Shown in pieces: positions 30,319-32,000 of a DNA stretch of 32,000 nt; positions within the stretch are counted from its first letter, which is position 1; each line of letters opens with the position of its first letter. The position numbers and the translations under genes are program-made. The notes under the pieces are model-generated. The model made no database searches. It was not told where the DNA came from and saw only the letters and a list, made by a program, of their open reading frames with translations. Source of the stretch: Trichodesmium erythraeum IMS101 (lineage in GTDB: Bacteria > Cyanobacteriota > Cyanobacteriia > Cyanobacteriales > Microcoleaceae); the NCBI RefSeq assembly GCF_000014265.1, contig NC_008312.1, positions 4,830,001 to 4,862,000 on the forward strand. The letters are read 5' to 3'.

Positions 30319-32000
30319 ATGGCTAAATACTCAACAATACTAGATATCCTAAACCATCGCTCCCAAAATCTTCCCGACCAAATAGCTTATACTTTCTTGC
30401 CCGATGGAGAAACTGAGTCTGGTCACTTAACCTATCAACAACTAAATGTCCAAGTACGAGCGATCGCTGCCCACCTCCAATCATTCATTACCCTACAAGA
30501 CCGAATATTAGTCATTTATCCCTATACCGCTGGGCTAGAATTTATCGCCAGCTTCTTTGCTTGTATCTGTGCAGGAGCCATCGCCGTCACCAGTAACCCT
30601 CCCCTCAACAACGAAGCTATAGCCAAACTCCAAGAAAGAGTCGACTCCTGCCAACCAAAAGCCATCCTCACCACAGAATCTTTTTTACAGCAAATTAAAA
30701 AAAAATTAGCGAAAAATCTAGACTTAGCTCCCAAACTCAACCAGTTACCCTGGATCGCTACAGATAAAATATCATCCTCTGAAGCTCCAAAATGGAAAGA
30801 ACCAAAAATAGAACCAGACACCCTCGCCTTTTTCCAATATACCTCCGGTTCCACAGGCAAACCAAAAGGAGTAATGGTAACTCACAGCAATATCTTACAT
30901 AATTCAGAAATTATTTATCAGTCCTTTGAACATTCAGCAGAAAGTCAAGGGGTAATTTGGTTACCCATGTTCCACGACATGGGACTAATAGGCGGAGTAA
31001 TACAACCTCTATATGGAGGTTTTCCAGTCACTCTCATGTCACCCGTAGCTTTAATTCAAAAACCCATACGTTGGTTAAAAGCAATTTGTAAATACAAAGC
31101 AACAACTAGTGGGGGACCCAACTTTGCTTATGACTTAGTTTCTCGTCAAGTCACCCCAGAACAACTACAAAATTTAGACTTAAGTAGTTGGAGTGTCGCA
31201 TTTTCTGGAGCTGAACCTGTACGAGCTGCAACTTTAGAAAGATTTGCCCATACTTTTGCACCTTGTGGGTTTCAGCGGGAAGCTTTTTATCCTTGTTATG
31301 GAATGGCAGAAACCACTCTATTTATTAGTGGTGGAACAAAAACAAAAGCTCCAGTTATTCAATATGTAGATGCTGAAGCTTTGGCAGAAAATCGAGTTGT
31401 AGTTGGTCGTGAAAACAGCAAGCCAGTGGTTAGTTGTGGTTGGGGTTGGTTGGGTGATGAAATTGCCATAGTTGATCCAAAATCTTTAGCTAGACGTTCA
31501 CAGGGGGAAGTAGGAGAAATTTGGGTATCAGGTGCTGGTGTAAGTAAGGGTTATTGGCAGCAACCAGAAGAAACAGAACAAACTTTTAATGGTTTTTTGG
31601 CAGATAAAGGACCTTTTTTACGGACAGGAGATTTAGGATTTTTACAGGATGGGGAATTATTTATTACTGGTCGAATTAAAGATGTAATGATCTTGTGGGG
31701 TAGGTATCGTTATCCTCAAGATATTGAATTAACTGTGGAAAAATGTCATCCAGCTTTGCGGTCTGGTTGTGGAGCAGCTTTTTCTATAGAGGCAGAAGAT
31801 GATGAGCGGTTAATAATTATTCAGGAGGTAGAGCGTAGTTATTTACGAAATTTGAATTTTGAGGAAGTAGTGGGAGCTATTCGCCAGGCAGTTGCTGAGG
31901 AACATACGGTGGAAGTTTATACTATTAGTTTGTTGAAGACTGGTAGTATTGCCAAAACTACCAGTGGTAAGATTCAACGTCGGTTATGTCGCAGTCAATT
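30319..32000 (+). CDS. fatty acyl-AMP ligase (FAAL), 5' 560 codons; the 3' end lies beyond the window
   Basis: Not in the ORF track because no stop is reached. I translated it by hand from the ATG at 30319 with no stop through 32000. MAKYSTILDILNHRSQNLPDQIAYTFL.., AMP-binding core FFQYTSGSTGKPKGVMVTHSNILHN, GGPNFAYDL, CYGMAETTL, TGDLGFLQDGELFITGRIKDVMILWGRYRYPQDIE, TTSGKIQRRLCR. This is the typical FAAL (FadD32-like) pattern found at the head of lipopeptide, glycolipid and olefin pathways. Confidence 0.85.
   Translation, partial: MAKYSTILDILNHRSQNLPDQIAYTFLPDGETESGHLTYQQLNVQVRAIAAHLQSFITLQDRILVIYPYTAGLEFIASFFACICAGAIAVTSNPPLNNEAIAKLQERVDSCQPKAILTTESFLQQIKKKLAKNLDLAPKLNQLPWIATDKISSSEAPKWKEPKIEPDTLAFFQYTSGSTGKPKGVMVTHSNILHNSEIIYQSFEHSAESQGVIWLPMFHDMGLIGGVIQPLYGGFPVTLMSPVALIQKPIRWLKAICKYKATTSGGPNFAYDLVSRQVTPEQLQNLDLSSWSVAFSGAEPVRAATLERFAHTFAPCGFQREAFYPCYGMAETTLFISGGTKTKAPVIQYVDAEALAENRVVVGRENSKPVVSCGWGWLGDEIAIVDPKSLARRSQGEVGEIWVSGAGVSKGYWQQPEETEQTFNGFLADKGPFLRTGDLGFLQDGELFITGRIKDVMILWGRYRYPQDIELTVEKCHPALRSGCGAAFSIEAEDDERLIIIQEVERSYLRNLNFEEVVGAIRQAVAEEHTVEVYTISLLKTGSIAKTTSGKIQRRLCRSQ

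Noticed and set aside
30522-30860. 112-aa ORF antisense to the FAAL 5' region
   Set aside because: The sense frame carries unmistakable FAAL motifs (YTSGSTGKPKGV). The antisense ORF is a by-product of the unusual C-rich sense composition, which makes stop codons scarce in the antisense frames.
30319-32000. The GC-skew sign change inside the FAAL gene, interpreted as a replication origin or terminus
   Set aside because: The skew magnitude (about -0.3 to +0.4) is far larger than replication-associated skew. It lies within a single ORF and no DnaA-box cluster or dif-like site was seen. Codon-level mosaicism is the simpler explanation.

Overview
This is a low-GC cyanobacterial chromosomal window. 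The evidence is 8 copies of the HIP1 octamer GCGATCGC, STRR-like heptamer tracts and cyanobacteria-specific small proteins.

Intact genes: an NmrA/Ycf39-like 3' fragment, nadK, an OmpR-type response regulator with a degenerate receiver, DUF192, a DUF2949-like gene, a class V aminotransferase, trpC, lpdA, a TrmH-family methyltransferase, ald, murA, an MFS transporter, a GT4 glycosyltransferase, the 5' 1.7 kb of a fatty acyl-AMP ligase (FAAL), and tRNA-Leu(CAG). They are separated by unusually long, very AT-rich, ORF-free spacers. By my tally only about 47% of the 32 kb is intact coding sequence.

Mobile DNA: the spacers hold remnants of four different IS630/Tc1-type elements and one IS982-type element. 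Their transposase frames are still readable through in-frame stops. There is also one apparently intact IS630-family copy (8310-9422), a 127-bp MITE with the same termini and TA flanks, and a second MITE-like family. This pattern fits a genome in reductive or decay mode, for example a symbiont such as Richelia or 'Nostoc azollae', or a Trichodesmium-like genome of low coding density. That assignment is a guess and cannot be settled without a search.

I found no CRISPR array, rRNA, prophage or recognisable defence island.

The most interesting non-housekeeping locus is at the right end: MFS exporter, GT4 glycosyltransferase, a possible decayed Sfp/HetI-type PPTase, then the FAAL. The FAAL ORF is missing from the supplied ORF track because it runs off the window. 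It also shows a sharp intragenic switch in base composition and codon choice. I do not claim a clearly novel multi-gene system; candidates are ranked below. Coordinates of non-ORF features are hand-indexed and may be off by 1-3 nt.
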